Shown here: piece after piece, positions 1-12,989 of the stretch
How the letters are laid out: each line of letters opens with the position of its first letter
Numbering within the stretch: the first letter of the stretch is position 1
Assembly: GCF_964194155.1 (NCBI RefSeq)
Contig: NC_135901.1
Location: 7,626,001-7,690,000, forward strand
DNA from: Cetorhinus maximus
Taxonomy: Eukaryota
DNA length: 64,000 nt
Direction of reading: 5' to 3'
Made by a program: the position numbers and the translations under genes
The notes under the pieces: generated by a model
The model's database searches: none
What the model was told of the DNA's origin: nothing
The model's input: only the letters and a program-made list of their open reading frames with translations

Positions 1-244
1 TCAGGGAACTGAACCACACTGACACATGGCGAGGAACACACACAGACATAGACACCAATAGTGACAGAGGCCGAAGGAGAGACAAACATTCAAAAATCAA
101 GGATGTCGCCAAATTGGCTCCATTTTTGTTCCATTTGCAACTGCAAATTTGGCGAATGCCTACGGAAATGAAAAATACACGGGATCATTTGAAAGATTCT
201 TTAGTCAATTTCATAGATAATTAATTCTGTAACTTAAGCAAATT

Positions 245-1865
245 GATATGGGGTGTGAAAAGGTATTGGAGGTACTGGCAGGCTTAAAAGTGGACAAATC
301 TCCAGGCCAGGGTGATCTGTGTCCCAGACTGCTGAGGGAGGCAAGGGAGGAGATCACAGGGGATCTGACCTAAATTTTTAATTCCTCCCTGGCCACGGGG
401 GAGGTGCCAGAGGACTGGAGAACAGCTAATGTGGTTCCACTATTTAGGAAAGGTTGTAGAGATAAGCCAGGGAACTACAGGCCAGTGAGTCCCACGTCAA
501 TGGTAGGGAAACTATTGGAGAAAATTCTGAAGGAGAGTATCTATCTCCACTTGGAGAGGCAAGGTTTGATCAGGGATATTCAGCATGGTTTTGTCAGAGG
601 GAGGTCATGCCTAACAAATTTGATTGAATTTTTTGAGGAGGTGACCAGGTGTGTAGATGAGGGGAGTGCAGTTGATGTAGTTTATATCGATTTCAGCAAA
701 GCCTTTGACAAGGCCCCACATGGGAGACTTAGAAAGAAGGCGAATGCACATGGGATACAGGGTACTTTGATAAGGTGGATTCAAAATTGGCTTAGTTGAA
801 GGAGGCAGAGGGTGATGACAGAAGGATGCTTTAGTGACTGGAAGCCAGTGTCCAGTGGCGTACCACAGGAATCTGTGCTCGGTCCCCTATTATTTGCCAT
901 TTATATAAATGACATAGATGACTATGTGGGGGTTAGGATTAGTAAGTTTGCGGATGGCACAAGCATTGGCCAGGTGGTTAACAGTGAGGTTGAGTGTCTT
1001 GAGCTACATGAAGATATAGATGGGATGGTCAAATGAGCAGAGAAGTGGCAGATGGAATTTAACCCTGAAAAGTGTGAGGTGATACACTTTGCAATGAGTA
1101 ATTTGATAAAGAAGTATTCAAAGAACAGCACGGCACTAGGAAGTTCTGAGGAACAAAGGGATCTTGGCGTGTGTGTCCATAGATCTCTGAAGGCGGAGGG
1201 GCACGTTAGTGGGGTGGTGAAAAAGGCATATGGGACACTTGCCTTTATCAATCGAGGCATAGATTACAAAAGTAGGGAGGTCATGTTGGAGTTGTATAGA
1301 ACCTTTGTGAGCGCCACAGCCGGAGTACTGTGTGCAGTTCTGGTCGCCACATTATAGGAAGGATGTGATTGAACTGGAGGGGGTGCAGAGGAGATTCACC
1401 AGGATGTTGCCTGGTATGAAACATTTAAGTTATGAAGAGAGGTTGGATAGACTTGGATTGTTTTCATTGGAGCAGAGAACACTGAGGGGTGACGTGATCG
1501 AAGTGTACAAGATTATGAGGGGCATGGACAGGGTGGATATGGAGCAGCTGTTCGCCTCAGTTGAAATGTCAGTCACAAGGGGGCATAAGTTCAAGGTGAG
1601 GGTCAGGAGTTTTAGGGGGGATGTGAGGAAAAACTTTTTTACCCAGAGGGTGGTGACGGTCTGGAATGCACTGCCTGGGAGGATGGTGGAGGCGGGTTCC
1701 CTCACATCCTTTAAAAAGTACTTGGATGAGCACTTGGTTCGTCAGAACATTCAAGGCTATGGGCCAAATGCTGATAAGTGGGATTAGGTAGGTAGGTACG
1801 GTGTTTCTCACGTGTCAGTGCAGACTCGATGGGCCGAAGGTGTGATTCTGTGATTCTGTGAATTC
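245..1865 (+). mobile_element. CR1-clade LINE (HER1-like), 5'-truncated, degenerate ORF2 RT
   Basis: ORF pieces PEDWRTANVVPLF..GNYRPVS, QHGF, DFSKAFDK, GVPQESVLGP, FAD-G, MEFNPEKCEV, FFTQRVV.WNALP; tail GATGGGCCGAAGG plus (ATTCTGTG)n. Confidence 0.95.
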
Positions 1866-2171
1866 ATTCCTAAAACAGGAACAGTGAGAAATGTAGTTTG
1901 GTATGATTTGATCCTACATCAGGAAAATCCAAACGATTTCCAACCCATTTCCTGAGCAACTCAGCTCTGTACTCAGGCGCCATGTGCCTCTTAATGCTCT
2001 GTACACAAAATCAAAGAATGGCTATAGCAGAGAATGAAGACGTGGCCCCACCTATTCCTGGCTGGCCTGCAATTCCTACTGCCTCTTTTCGATCTTTCCT
2101 CCAGAATGGAGCACTGTACTTGTACCGAGCACACACTAAAGGATTTGGCTAAATTGACTGAAAATATGAAC

Positions 2172-2253
2172 TGTCTGAAACTCTGTCAAACCCCACGCCT
2201 CCATAGAAACTGGAGCTTAAATCCAGCGCCTTCAGCCGTTCAGCTTCGCCACC
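2172..2253 (-). pseudogene. tRNA-Leu pseudogene (TAG/AAG-type body), 3' end decayed
   Basis: Minus strand GGTGGCGAAGCTGAACGGCTGAAGGCGCTGGATTTAAGCTCCAGTTTCTATGGAGGCGTGGG resembles vertebrate tRNA-Leu; T-arm and acceptor 3' strand are lost. Confidence 0.8.
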
Positions 2254-2474
2254 ACGATCAATTCCGAAATTGTCATTGCCTTGACAGAAAATTTCAATCA
2301 TCCTCCACTTTGTAGCATATGGGGACTCGGTAATGGAACAGTCTCCACTGAAAAAAAACATACAGAAAGAAACAATTTCCTCTTGCATCTTTCCAACCTG
2401 CTTTTTCTCTCTGAACTTTTTTAATATGAAGCTACACAACTAATGTGAATGAAGTTTGCGATGGTAACTGTGTC

Positions 2475-2544
2475 CACCCCCTCGTGGAGCTGAACCACAT
2501 TGATTCATTCCTGATCCGAACCACTCGCTGTGCAACACAGAAGC
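2475..2544 (-). pseudogene. Possible highly degenerate tRNA (Asn-like)
   Basis: Starts GCTTCTGTG like the 4459 copy; T-arm-like GTGG-TTCAGCT-CCAC; middle is unalignable. Confidence 0.3.
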
Positions 2545-2805
2545 CCCTTTAAAATTGCAGACTTTATTTTCTGTTATCTCTCCTCTCCGACCAAAATGAA
2601 TCACTTCACACTTCCTCCCATTAAATTTCAGCTGCCACTTGTCCATCCAAATGGATTTGTTGAAGGGGCCGAAAGGAGAATCGACTCAAACTGGGAATGA
2701 ACGAGTGAGAATGAAAGATGAAGTGACGGGTTTTAAAGATCCCGGGGGAAAGAGACTCCGGGATCAGTTCATTGTGACAGTTCACACAGCAACAAGAAAA
2801 CAACA

Positions 2806-2853
2806 TTCCCTGATGAGGGCCAAACCCGGGCGGCAGGAGTGGGAGCGCCGAAT
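2806..2853 (-). pseudogene. tRNA-Glu pseudogene, 3' two-thirds
   Basis: Minus strand ATTCGGCGCTCCCACTCCTGCCGCCCGGGTTTGGCCCTCATCAGGGAA vs tRNA-Glu(CTC) ATTCGGCGCTCTCACCGCCGCGGCCCGGGTTCGATTCCCGGTCAGGGAA. Confidence 0.75.
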
Positions 2854-3673
2854 AACAGCGTATTTACATAAAACGCAGAAGACTTGTTCAGCCAATAACA
2901 GCATCGAGTGTGTTCGACATTAACATGAAGTGAACAGTGAGGGGAAAATAGTGCCACAAGCTGCGGATGGACAACTTTCAATTTCCAAACCCACCAACAA
3001 AATCAATGCGGCTCCGCTGAAACTTTCAAGGCAAATATTGATCCTTTATAAGGTGCCGTTCCCAGAACTATCCACAGTCCTCCAGGTGTGATCTAACCAG
3101 GGCTTTGTCTCGCTGCAGCAAACCTTTCCCTCTTTTCTATAACAGCCCCTGTAACAGGTTGTATAGATTGTACAGAGCGACTGAGAAAAATGAGGACATG
3201 CTTGAACTGAATAAACTTCTTTTGAACGTTCGGTATGAAATCAGCTGCATAAGTACATTTCTTGATTCAAAAACTATATGAGAATCTCGAGTCCGACTCT
3301 TGATGTCATTGGGTCAGGGAAACTTTGTTAATGATCACACAGTGCGCATGGGCACTGCAGAAACTCCTGCACCTCTTTCAATATTGTTTCTCTTCACTCA
3401 GAGTTTACAAAAGGGAGTTGGACAATAACTTGAAAGCAAGAAAAACCAAGATTATGGAAATCTCTTTGTAAAATGCTATCATAGACACGATGGGCCGAAT
3501 TGTCTCCTAATGTGCTGTGTAATTTTATGATGACATTGTTGGATCAGTCTGACTCCAGCATTCCTATTTATAACAGCTGAATCCATTTCTTCAAAACAAA
3601 GACCCAAAGTGCTGCTGCATGGCCGCACAGGTTAACATTGTGGACAGGTCCATTGTGATCTCAGCAGTCTGTC

Positions 3674-3746
3674 GTTTCTGTGGTGTAGTGATTATCATGT
3701 GCACCAAACACACAGAAAGTCCTTCATTCGAAGCCCGGCAAAAAAG
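3674..3746 (+). pseudogene. tRNA-Val(AAC) pseudogene
   Basis: GTTTCTGTGGTGTAGTGATTATCATGTGCACCAAACACACAGAAAGTCCTTCATTCGAAGCCCGGC is colinear with tRNA-Val; stems are broken. Confidence 0.85.
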
Positions 3747-4239
3747 AAGCTTTGCCAAAAGCCGTTTGTAAAGTGTGAAGGGAAGTTCTCTAATTTACTT
3801 GTGTTATGAAAGACAGCATCATACAGCCACGCGACACGTCTTGTCGAGGTGAATAACATCCAACAAAATAAAAACAGCCGCCATTCCACCACACACGAAC
3901 CACTGGAAGTTATTGAACATTTTCAACCGTCACTCGGCAGGCCGATTAGTAGTTTGTGCAGTCAACAAAAAAGGATTATTGATGCAGATTAACATACTTA
4001 CTCCCCGTCTCAAAGAGTGGCTAACAGCAATGTGTGCTCCTGAAGAAAGGTGCAAGGATACTGTAACTGAAACTGAGGAAATGGCAGACATGTTGCAGAA
4101 TCACTTTGCATCGGTCTTCAGAATAGAGGAAGAGGAAAAACTACCAGGGAGCCGAGGAAACCTAGACTCAGTGTAGGTCTGGTGAAACCCCTCCTTTCCT
4201 ATTCAATCGGGAAAGAAGAGACATGACGGGATTTAGGCA

Positions 4240-4330
4240 CCAGAATGTAAAAGATGCCATGAGCCTATTTGAAAGAAGAGCAGGGGAGTTCTCCCCGATT
4301 CCTGGGCAATGTTTATCCCTCAATCAACTG
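4240..4330 (+). mobile_element. Deu-domain SINE fragment
   Basis: GTAAAAGATGCCATG..GAAGAGCAGGGGAGTTCTCCCC..TTTATCCCTCAA resembles the Deu domain. Confidence 0.7.
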
Positions 4331-4458
4331 TTTCCATGTATCCACAATGAATGTCCCACTCTTTTGTTTGGAAGAAGGAAACTTTTTAGAACAATTGCTA
4401 ATGTGGTAGCGACGATCTGAAGTTTTAAGTGGGTATCTTGCCAAGTTGCTTTGCATCA

Positions 4459-4523
4459 GCTTCTGTGGTGTACTTGTTCAGTATTTTGGCTATTTGGTTG
4501 GTGGTTCGAGTCCATCCACGGGT
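4459..4523 (+). pseudogene. tRNA-Asn pseudogene with anticodon-arm deletion
   Basis: GCTTCTGTGG...GGTTGGTGGTTCGAGTCCATCCACGGG vs tRNA-Asn ..GGTTGGTGGTTCGAGCCCACCCAGGG. Confidence 0.7.
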
Positions 4524-5472
4524 TGAGTTTTCACTTCATCGGCATTCATTCCCCCACAGCTCTGGGTTGTCAGGGTCCACTTTACCTGCAAGAAAATATT
4601 TCACAATCGAGGAAAGTGTTTCTGTTATTTAGTGAATTCCCGCACAAGCAGTTTTTTTTCTCATGTATATTCACGTCAAGTTTAATGATAAAACGATTAG
4701 ACCAATTAGACTAACCATGTACCGATATCTAACCCATTGGAAATCTATGAAGTCATTGGATTCAAACAAGCCCATTCACTCCTCCTCCTCCAGCTCCACA
4801 GTGAGTGGGACAGGGAAAAGCAGAAAAGCAGCAATATTCCGGCCCCACACTCTCCAATCACCCGCTGCCAGCAGAAAGCGGTGACAGCAGCTTCAATCAA
4901 CGGGTTACTGCCCATCCCTGGGACGCAAGATACTCCAACCCGGGCTAAACCTCCCAATACACCGAGCACAGGTTCAGGGAAACACAGATAGATTATATCC
5001 CGGTCACTAAACCTCCGAGCGTCATTTACAGAATACCTGAGTGAGTGAGTCACAAATAAAAACAACAACTTTCTAAATCTTTTCACTACGAAATTCTTTC
5101 CTTTCATTTAAAAGCTGACTGTGGTGGACCTGAAAATGAGCACCATGGGATTTGTATTACCGACTGACTTGTTTTCCATTGTTTGCCCATCAGGCTTGCA
5201 GTTCAACTTGTGATGGAGATTGAAGCGAATCTGATTTCAAAATGTGGCCACAAAGCAGGTAAATATTAAATCCAGGAACAGATCCTGAGGAAAATGGATC
5301 ACAATGTTTGGAAGGAGGTGCAGCTGGGAAGCAGAAGCTGTGAATGATGTTATTGATGATTGAGGGGAAAGCATTGGAATCTTGGGCTTCTGGTGGTCAA
5401 TTTCCTTCTCTACCATTGCATTCAGACAGTTATCTCATTGTGATAAGGGATATGGACATGTCATCACCACAT

Positions 5473-5530
5473 GTCCCGCTAGCTCAGTCGATGGAGTTTG
5501 AGACCTTGAAATGTCCTCGGTTTGAGCCAT
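5473..5530 (+). pseudogene. tRNA-Lys(CTT)-like fragment
   Basis: GTCCCGCTAGCTCAGTCGATGGAGTTTGAGAC vs GCCCGGCTAGCTCAGTCGGTAGAGCATGAGAC. Confidence 0.55.
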
Positions 5531-6039
5531 TCCTCCAAGGTATCACGGGGCTCAAAGTAACTCAAAGTAAGCACTCCATTATTCATATCACAATTGCTGG
5601 TTTATGAGTTAAAACTGCCCCCAGCTTCACTGGAAGCACGGCAGACATGTGGTCCAGTGTACAATGAATGATGATATTTGAAGGGGCAATTTCCAGTCAA
5701 ACCGCTGCACCAGCAAAACTGCTCAGAGTCAAAGAGTTAGAATCGACATTTCGTGGGGAACTGAGAGAAGTGAGTGCAGTTCAAACACAATCCAGCTGAG
5801 AAAGATCAGATTTATATGATTAGGGGAAAGTATTGGAAAACTCCTGCTGAACCTTATTCACATCAAAATGAGCGAGGAGGAAAGATTGGATAGGATGGGT
5901 CTGTTTTCTTTGAACAGAGGAAGCGAAGGAGATTTAATTGAGGAATATAAAATTATAAAATCGAGATGGAGAAGATAGAAAGGACTTATTCCCGTGAGCA
6001 AAGCGATCAATAACCAGGGGCATGGATTGAGAAAGAAAC

Positions 6040-7130
6040 AAATCTTCATATTCGTAAAGTGCCTTTCACCACCACCGGAATCCCAAAGGGTTTTATAGAC
6101 AATTATGTACTTTTGAAGTGTATTCACTGTTGTAATGTAGGAAATGAAGCAAACTCCCACAAACAGCAGCGCATTGATGACCAGATAATCTGTTCTTGTA
6201 ATGTTGATTGAGAGATAAATATTGGACAAGAAAAGGGACCCTGTTACAGAGTCATAGAGTCATAGAGGTCTACAGCACAGAAAAAGGCCCTACAGCCCAT
6301 CGAGTCTGTGTCGGTCAAACAAGTACCTAACTATTCTAATCCCATTTTCCAGCACTAGACCCAGAGCCATGTATGCCATGGCATCGCAAGTGCACATCCA
6401 AATACTTCTTAAATGTTATGAGGGATTCTGCCTCTACCACCCTGTCAGGCAGTGAGTTCCAGATTCCCATCACCCTCTGAGTGAAAAAAATCTTCCTCAC
6501 ATCCCCTCTAAACCTCCTGCCCCTTACCTTAAATCTATGCCCCCTGGTTATTGATCCCTTCAACAAGGGGAATAGTTCATTCCTGCCTACCCTATCTATG
6601 CCCCTCATAATTTTATACACCTCAATCATGTCCCCCCTCAATCTCCTCTGCTCCAGGGAAAATAACCCCAGTCTATCCAATCTCTCCTCATAACTAAAAC
6701 TCTCCAGCCCAGGCAACATCCTGGTAAATCTGCTCTGCACTCTCTCTAGTGCAATCACATCCTTGCAATAATGTGGATTCCAGAACTGCATGCAATACTC
6801 TAGCTGTGGCCTAACCAGCGTTTTATACAGTTCCAGCATAACCACCCTGCTCTTATATTCTATGCCTCGGCTAATAATGGCAAGTATTCCATATGCCTTC
6901 TTAACCACCTGTTCTTTGTCAAAATTGTGATTTGGGATCTTGTACATCCAAGGGCAGACGAAGCCTTAGTTTAGCATCTCGTCAAAAAGGCATATTACAC
7001 TCGAAAGTGCGGGACTCCCTCCGTATTGCACTGGAATCTCAGCCTAGACGGTTATGCTCATGTCCGACAATGGTATTTGAGCTCACAATTTTCTAAGTGA
7101 GAATAAAGGGCGGTACCAGCTGACCCATGG
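6040..7130 (-). mobile_element. Deu-domain SINE (SacSINE1-like) split by a CR1 insertion
   Basis: Tail and Deu 3' part at 6040-6240; Deu 5' part and tRNA-like head at 6915-7130; colinear across the CR1. Confidence 0.7.
6247..6912 (-). mobile_element. CR1 LINE 3' end, young subfamily with (CTATGACT)n tail
   Basis: ORF 6336-6947 is an ORF2 C-terminus (LYKTLVRPQLEYC..FFTQRV..WNSLP); very similar to the copies at 13.4 and 52.9 kb. Confidence 0.95.
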
Positions 7131-7794
7131 CAGACTAAATAATTCAAATTAACGTATCTGGTGGAAGAATTAGAGAAAAGCTGTAGAGTAATTTATTTCA
7201 CACAGAAGGTGGTGGGGGTCTGGAACTCATTGCCTGAGCTGATCATAGAGGCAGAAACCACCATTGAAGTAAAGGAACTAACACATGGAAAAGCATTTGT
7301 GGTGCTGTAACCTGCAAGGCTATGGAGCAAGAGCTAAAACATGGGATTAGACTGGTTTGCTCCTTTTGTACTGGCATGGACATGATGGATCGAATGGTCT
7401 CCTTCTGGATCATAAAGATTTCTGTTTCATTGTTTCAATGCTTCAATTGATGATTTTCTTTCCCCTGTGCCAGTTGTGCATTTGCTCAATTAAATATCTC
7501 CATAAGGCAATGGAGGAGAAGGTTTCAGATTCCAACGTGGAGCAGAAGAGAAATGGATCAACAGTAAAATAACACATTTCCAATCAGAGCGGAAATAGGT
7601 GACAGAAACAGAATGATTCTCCCACCTTTAGTTTCTTCACTAGTCCAATTCCCATTCCATTCCATTAGCATTGCTTTTGCCTCGCATCCTCATCCCTGGT
7701 GTTATTTATTCTCTTCTGTCTTCCACCCAATCACAAAACTTCTCTCCTGCTATTAACGTCTTTAATAATAGCTTCTAACTTTTCCCTTGACATC

Positions 7795-9100
7795 TGTCAA
7801 GGTCACCATGATTTTCGGAAAGGGGAATCATGTTTAACCAATTTATTGGAGTTCTTTCAAGAAGTCACACGTGCTGTGGATAAAGGGGAACCAGTGGATG
7901 TACTGTACTTAGATTTCCAGAAGGCATTTGGTAAGGTGCCACATCAAAGATTATTGCTGAAAATAAAAGCTCATGGTGGAGGGGGTAACATATTGACATG
8001 AACAGATGATTGGCATGAATGGGTCATTTTCTGGTTGGCAAGATGTAACGAGTGGTGTGCCTCAGGATCAGAGCCAGGGCCTCAATTTTTTACAATTTAT
8101 ACAAATGACTTGAATGAAGGGACGAAAGGTGTGGTTGCTGAATTTGCTGATGACACAAAGAAAAGTAGGAAAGTGAGGTGTGAAGAGGACATAAGGAGGC
8201 TAAAAAGGGATATTGGCAGGTTACGTGAGTGAGCAAATATCTGGCAAATGGAGCATAATGTGGGCAAATATGAACTTGCCAAATGTTGGCAGGAGGAATA
8301 AAAAAGCAGCTTATTACCTAGATGGTGAGAGATTGCAGAGCACTGAGATGCAGAGGGGTCGTGGTGTCCGAATGCATGAATCACAAAAGGTATAGCAAGT
8401 AATTAGGAAAGCTAATAGAATGTTATCCTTCATTGAAAGGGGAACTGAATACAAAAGTTGGGAGGCTATGCTTCAGTTACACAGGGCAGTGGTGAGACCA
8501 TTTCTAGAGTACTGTGTCCAGCGCTGTTCCCCTTGTTTAAGAAAGGATGTAAATGCGTTGGAATCAGTTCAGAAAATGTTTACTAGACTAATACTTGGGA
8601 TGGGCAGATTGTCTTCTGATGGAAGGGTGGACAGGCTAAGCTTGTATCTGGAGATTAGAAGAGTAAGAAGCAACTTATGTGAAACACATAAGATCCTGAG
8701 GGGTCTTGAGTAGGTGGATGTGAAAAGGATGTTTCCTCTTGTGGAAGAATCTTGAATTAGGACTCACTGTTTAAAAATAAGTGCCGCTCATTTAAGACAG
8801 AGGTGAGAAGTCTTTTTTTCCTCTCAGAGAGCCTTGAGCCTTTGGAACTTCTTTTCCCGAAAAAGCGATGGAAGCAGAGTCTTTGAACATGTTTTTTCCT
8901 TTGAAACGGAGGTAGAGAGATTCTTGATAAGCAAGGGGATGAAAAGTTATCGGGGGTAGACAGGAATGTGGAATGTGGAGTTGTGGTTACAATCAGATTA
9001 GCCATGATCTTATTGAATGGCAGAACAGGCTTGAGGGACCGAATAGCCTTCTCCTGCTCCTAATTTGTATGTTTCTATGTTCGTATGTTTATATGTTCGT
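7795..9100 (+). mobile_element. CR1 LINE, degenerate RT plus 3' tail
   Basis: SCLTNLLEFF, YLDFQKAF, FADDTK, RPFLEYC fragments; (TATGTTCG)-type tail. Confidence 0.9.
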
Positions 9101-9189
9101 TCCCTCTCCTCCTTTCCCTGTCTGTGTACTTTCTTGAAATTTATAATACCTTTCTTTTTCTACTTCATTTGATAGTTCACGGACCTGCA

Positions 9190-9885
9190 GAGTGAATGTT
9201 TCAGTTCGCTGGCTTTTTATCCAAACTGGAAGAATTCAGAGATTCAATAGTTTAGCAGTAAGGACAGAGTCAGGAGTAAGAGAGAGTGAGAGGAGGGAAG
9301 AACAAATGGTCTTGTGATAGGAAGGCTGGAAAGATTAAATGACAAAGGGGGTGATGATTCAAGGTAAGATTTGGTGATAATGAGACAAATAAATAAACTA
9401 ATAGGACAGATGAAGAAACAAAAAACACGTCCAGAGGGGGTTCAAACGATAACAGCAGAACCATTACCAACACCTACTGTCCGAAAAAATTGGAGTGTGG
9501 TTATGATCTGAAATTGTTGAAGTGACTGTAGAGTCCATCAGGTTGTAAAGTGTCTGATCAAAGATGAGCTGCTGTTCCTCGTGCTTCCATTGAGCTTCAT
9601 TGGAACAGTGCAGGAGGCCAAGGACAGAGAGGCCAGGGAATGATCAAGAGCTAGGATCACGCTTGAACACTCAATGGTGATGCTCCACAAGTCGCCCATG
9701 CCAGATTAAGTATCCTCAGTGCAAAGGAGAATGCATCGTGAGCAGTGAAAACATGATAATGAATAGCAAAGAGTAGCAATCACTGTGTCACCAAGAAAGT
9801 GTGTTTGGGGCCCTGAAATGTGGGAAAGGAGGAGGTGAAAGGGCGGGTTCTGCATCGGCTGTGCTTGCATGGAAATGATTCACTG
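9190..9885 (-). mobile_element. Penelope-like element (PLE) 3' remnant
   Basis: Minus strand similar to the GIY-YIG C-terminus of the 53-54 kb element (QGPKHTF, EEQQLIF); paralogous to 48.9-49.6 kb. Confidence 0.75.
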
Positions 9886-10674
9886 TGATGTTCATAAGAA
9901 CATGAGAAATAGGAGCAGAGGGAGACCATACGACCATCTGAACCTACTCCACCATTAAATGATCTTGCACATCCATTGAATCGTTTAGTATACAAAAAGT
10001 AATGGATTTCTATTTGAATATACTCAGCAAGAGTGATAGATTCAATTTATTTTCATCTGGAAAATGCACAAAGTGCACATGAATTGCAAGTGCTCCCTTT
10101 CGCTGCTTGGTAATAAGATTAACAACTTAATCTGGCCTTGTGTCACCGCACTGAAATCCTGCCATTCTCAGACACGCTGTTCTTCATGTCATAATTGATG
10201 GATAAACAGTCCACTGTTCCAAGGTAAGACAAGTTTGTAGATGCTCTGTAGTGTTACAGACTAGCTCATTGGGTCTGCTCATTCTATCCCATCTTATATT
10301 CAGCTAATGGGGAAAATGAATAAAATACTGAAACATACTGCGATTTGCGGACAGTGGTGAGTTCGGTGCTCAGATTAGCTCAGGTCTCCATATTTAGAAC
10401 GATGAAAGAAGCGAGCGATGGGGGCGATGCAAGAAAGGTTTATTGGACTAATGCTACAACTGACAGGTTACACCTATCAAGAAATATTGAACAGGCTGGA
10501 GACGTTTTATGTGGAAAAGTGAGTGAGGGGTGACTTGATCGAGGAATTTAAGATCACATAACTGTTTCTACAGGCCAGACAACTGAAAGGTGTTTCCACT
10601 TCTGCAAGGGCGAAAATAAATATAACTTAGTAATGAATCTAATGTGAAGTTCAAGAGAAGCTTCCTTAACCAGA

Positions 10675-10860
10675 GATAAAAACGGACAATGCTGGAAATA
10701 CTCAGCATATCTGGCCGTATCTGGGGATTGAGAAACAGACTCAACGTCCGTCTAATGATGCAGTGCAGTTCTAATGAAAAGTCATAGACCTGAAATGTAA
10801 GTGATGTTTCCCTTTCCACAAACACAACAGATCTGCCGAGTGTTTCGATTCAACAATATC
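10675..10860. mobile_element. Inverted pair of PLE terminal-repeat fragments
   Basis: TGCTGGAAATACTCAGC..GAGAAACAGA followed by the same terminus in opposite orientation, with a decayed hammerhead (CTAATGAAAAGTCATAGACCTGAAA). Confidence 0.55.
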
Positions 10861-10929
10861 GACTCTCAATGGCTGTGTCGGTACCCAGCATTGTCCGCGG
10901 GGAAGAATGTGTCCTATCCAGACGACAGT

Positions 10930-11300
10930 GGGCTGGCTGCGCAGGCGTACTACCGAGCTGGAAGTTGGGCATGCGCAATGCGGTCCCTGATTGGGGTATG
11001 CGCAGTGCGGGTTGTGCCTGGAGTGAGACGGAGAAGGGAGAAACAGTCGAGTGAGGTTGAGTAATGGGGTCGCTGGGTGGGTGGAGAGAATTAGAGCCAG
11101 GGGAGTGGGCGGGGAGGCCTCATAAACACCCGGAGAATACCTCAAACCCCCACTTAGAAGCTCCCGATCCTGTGTTTGCGCGGGATGGGGCGACAGTTGT
11201 TGGCCTGCTCTGGGTCACAGGCCTGAGTTAACGGCCGCCATCTTTCCCAGGGGCGAGATGCAGCAGGGCGCATGCGCGGTCGTCCCTGTCAGCAGGAGGA
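10930..11300 (+). promoter_or_regulatory. CpG-rich ZNF-type promoter/exon 1
   Basis: NRF1-type GCATGCGCA (10969) and GCGCATGCGC (11268), ATTGG (10990), YY1-type CCGCCATCTT (11235); paralogous to 15.9-16.2 kb. Confidence 0.7.
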
Positions 11301-11304
11301 GAGG

Positions 11305-11640
11305 ATGTTGTGAATTTCTATCCTGGACTGACGGATGGATTTTGGAAACTCCTTTTACAGGGGGTGAGAAGGGGTGAATTTCCATACAGCAAACTCAAAC
11401 GAAAAGTAATGTTTTTCTCTTCTAAATTTCTATCCTGGAAATTTCTATCTTGGACTGACAATGAAGGTCTTTGTAAATTTGTTTTACAGGGTTATTAGAA
11501 GTGGAGGATTGACAGACGGGAAACTCAAACCAAACGTCACATCCAGATCTGACAGAGTCACTCGATTCATCAGAACCTGAATATCATCAGCATCTGAATG
11601 TGGAATGAAAAAGGTTTGTCTGTTCTGTCTGTGGAAAAGC
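11305..11640 (+). pseudogene. ZNF gene 5' fragment: duplicated acceptor, leader and half finger
   Basis: Two copies of AATTTCTATC..TTTTACAG (AG ends 11360 and 11489); leader QTGNSNQTSHPDLTESLDSSEPEYH; then FVCSVCGK cut by CR1 debris. Confidence 0.75.
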
Positions 11641-11659
11641 ACCAAGACGCACAAACCCT

Positions 11660-12950
11660 GGGTTAGACCACACCTAGATAATACGTTCAGTTTTGTGCAA
11701 CAAACTAAGGAAGGATAGAATGGTCTTGGAGAGAGTGTAGCACAGATTTACCTGAGTGATACCTGAACTCCAAGGGTTTAATTACAAAATGAGATTACAG
11801 GAAATACCCATAGAGTCACAATGGCACAGAGGAGGCCATTTGTACCATTTAGCCCATGCCAGCTCTCCAGAGCAATCCAGTGAGACCAATTCCCCTGCTC
11901 CACATCCCTGTATCCTTGCAAGTTTATTTCCCTAAAGTGCCTATTCTCCTTCACATCCCCCTCTATCTCTTCCCCAAAAACTTAAATCTGTACCCCCTTG
12001 TACAATCAACTGATGGGAACAGATTTTCTTTGTCCACCTTATCTAAAGCTCATAATTTAGTATACCTCTTTCAATCTACCCTCACCTCTTTGCTAGAACC
12101 ATTCGTTTAAATCTCCTCTGCGCCTTCTCAAGGACCTTTACATCTTTCCTGAAATGTGGTGATCAGAACTGGACACAAATACTCGGGTTGTGGCCTAACC
12201 AGAGCCTAACAAAGATTCAGCATAACTTCCTTGCTTTTGTACTCAATAGCTCTATTTATGAAGCTCAAGATTCCATATACCTTGCTAACTGCTCTCTTAA
12301 TCTATCCTGTCACCCTCAAAAAATCTCTGCACATAAAGGGCCAGATCCCTCTGACTCTGTACACTGTTTCGAGCTGTGCCATGAGGCCACTATTGTCTTT
12401 CTCTCTCTATCCTTCCTGTCAAAATCCATCACCTCGCTGTGAAGGTTGTAATCTCTGAAATTTGGAAGATTAAGAGGTGATTTGATTAATGGTTTCAGGA
12501 TGTTAATTGGAATTGACAGGGTAGATAGAGAGAACTATTTCCACTGGTTGGGGAATCTAGGACAAGTGGGCGGAGTCAAACATAGAATCAGGTTCCAGCA
12601 GCTTTTCAGGGAGAGAAATGTTGTTGCAGAAACTCCTGAACTCGATGTTGAGTTCTAAAGGTCGTAAAGTGCCGAATCAAAAAATGAGCTGCTGTTCCTG
12701 GAGCTCCCACTGAGCTTCATTGGAACAGTTCAAGAGGCCAAGGACAGAGAGGTCAGAGTGGGAGTGGGGCGGAGAATTAAAATGACAAGTGACTGGAAGC
12801 TCAGGGTCAAGCTCACAGACTGAACGGAGGTTGTGCCACAAAGTGATCACCCAATCTGTTTTTCATCTTCCCAAGTATAGAGCAGACCAGATCATGAGCA
12901 GTTAATACAGTAACTCAGCTGCAAGAAGTACAAGTAAATCACTGTTTGTT
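11660..12950. mobile_element. Old CR1 fragments plus PLE fragment (about 12590-12950, minus)
   Basis: CR1 3'-type sequence on both strands; ATGAGCTGCTGTTCC..TTCATTGGAACAG shared with other PLE copies. Confidence 0.65.
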
Positions 12951-12989
12951 TCATCCCACAAAATCTCAAATATAACCTGAAGGAATATA

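Noticed and set aside
1-10. TCAGGGAA as the 3' end of a tRNA-Glu clipped by the window edge
   Set aside because: Only 8 nt are visible, too short to support
106-155. 10-bp inverted repeat TCGCCAAATT (and a similar hairpin at about 2737-2765)
   Set aside because: Single occurrences with no supporting context; compatible with chance
10385-10430. Weak resemblance to U6 snRNA
   Set aside because: No ACAGAGA box, and the region aligns better as degenerate CR1 (about 10350-10670)
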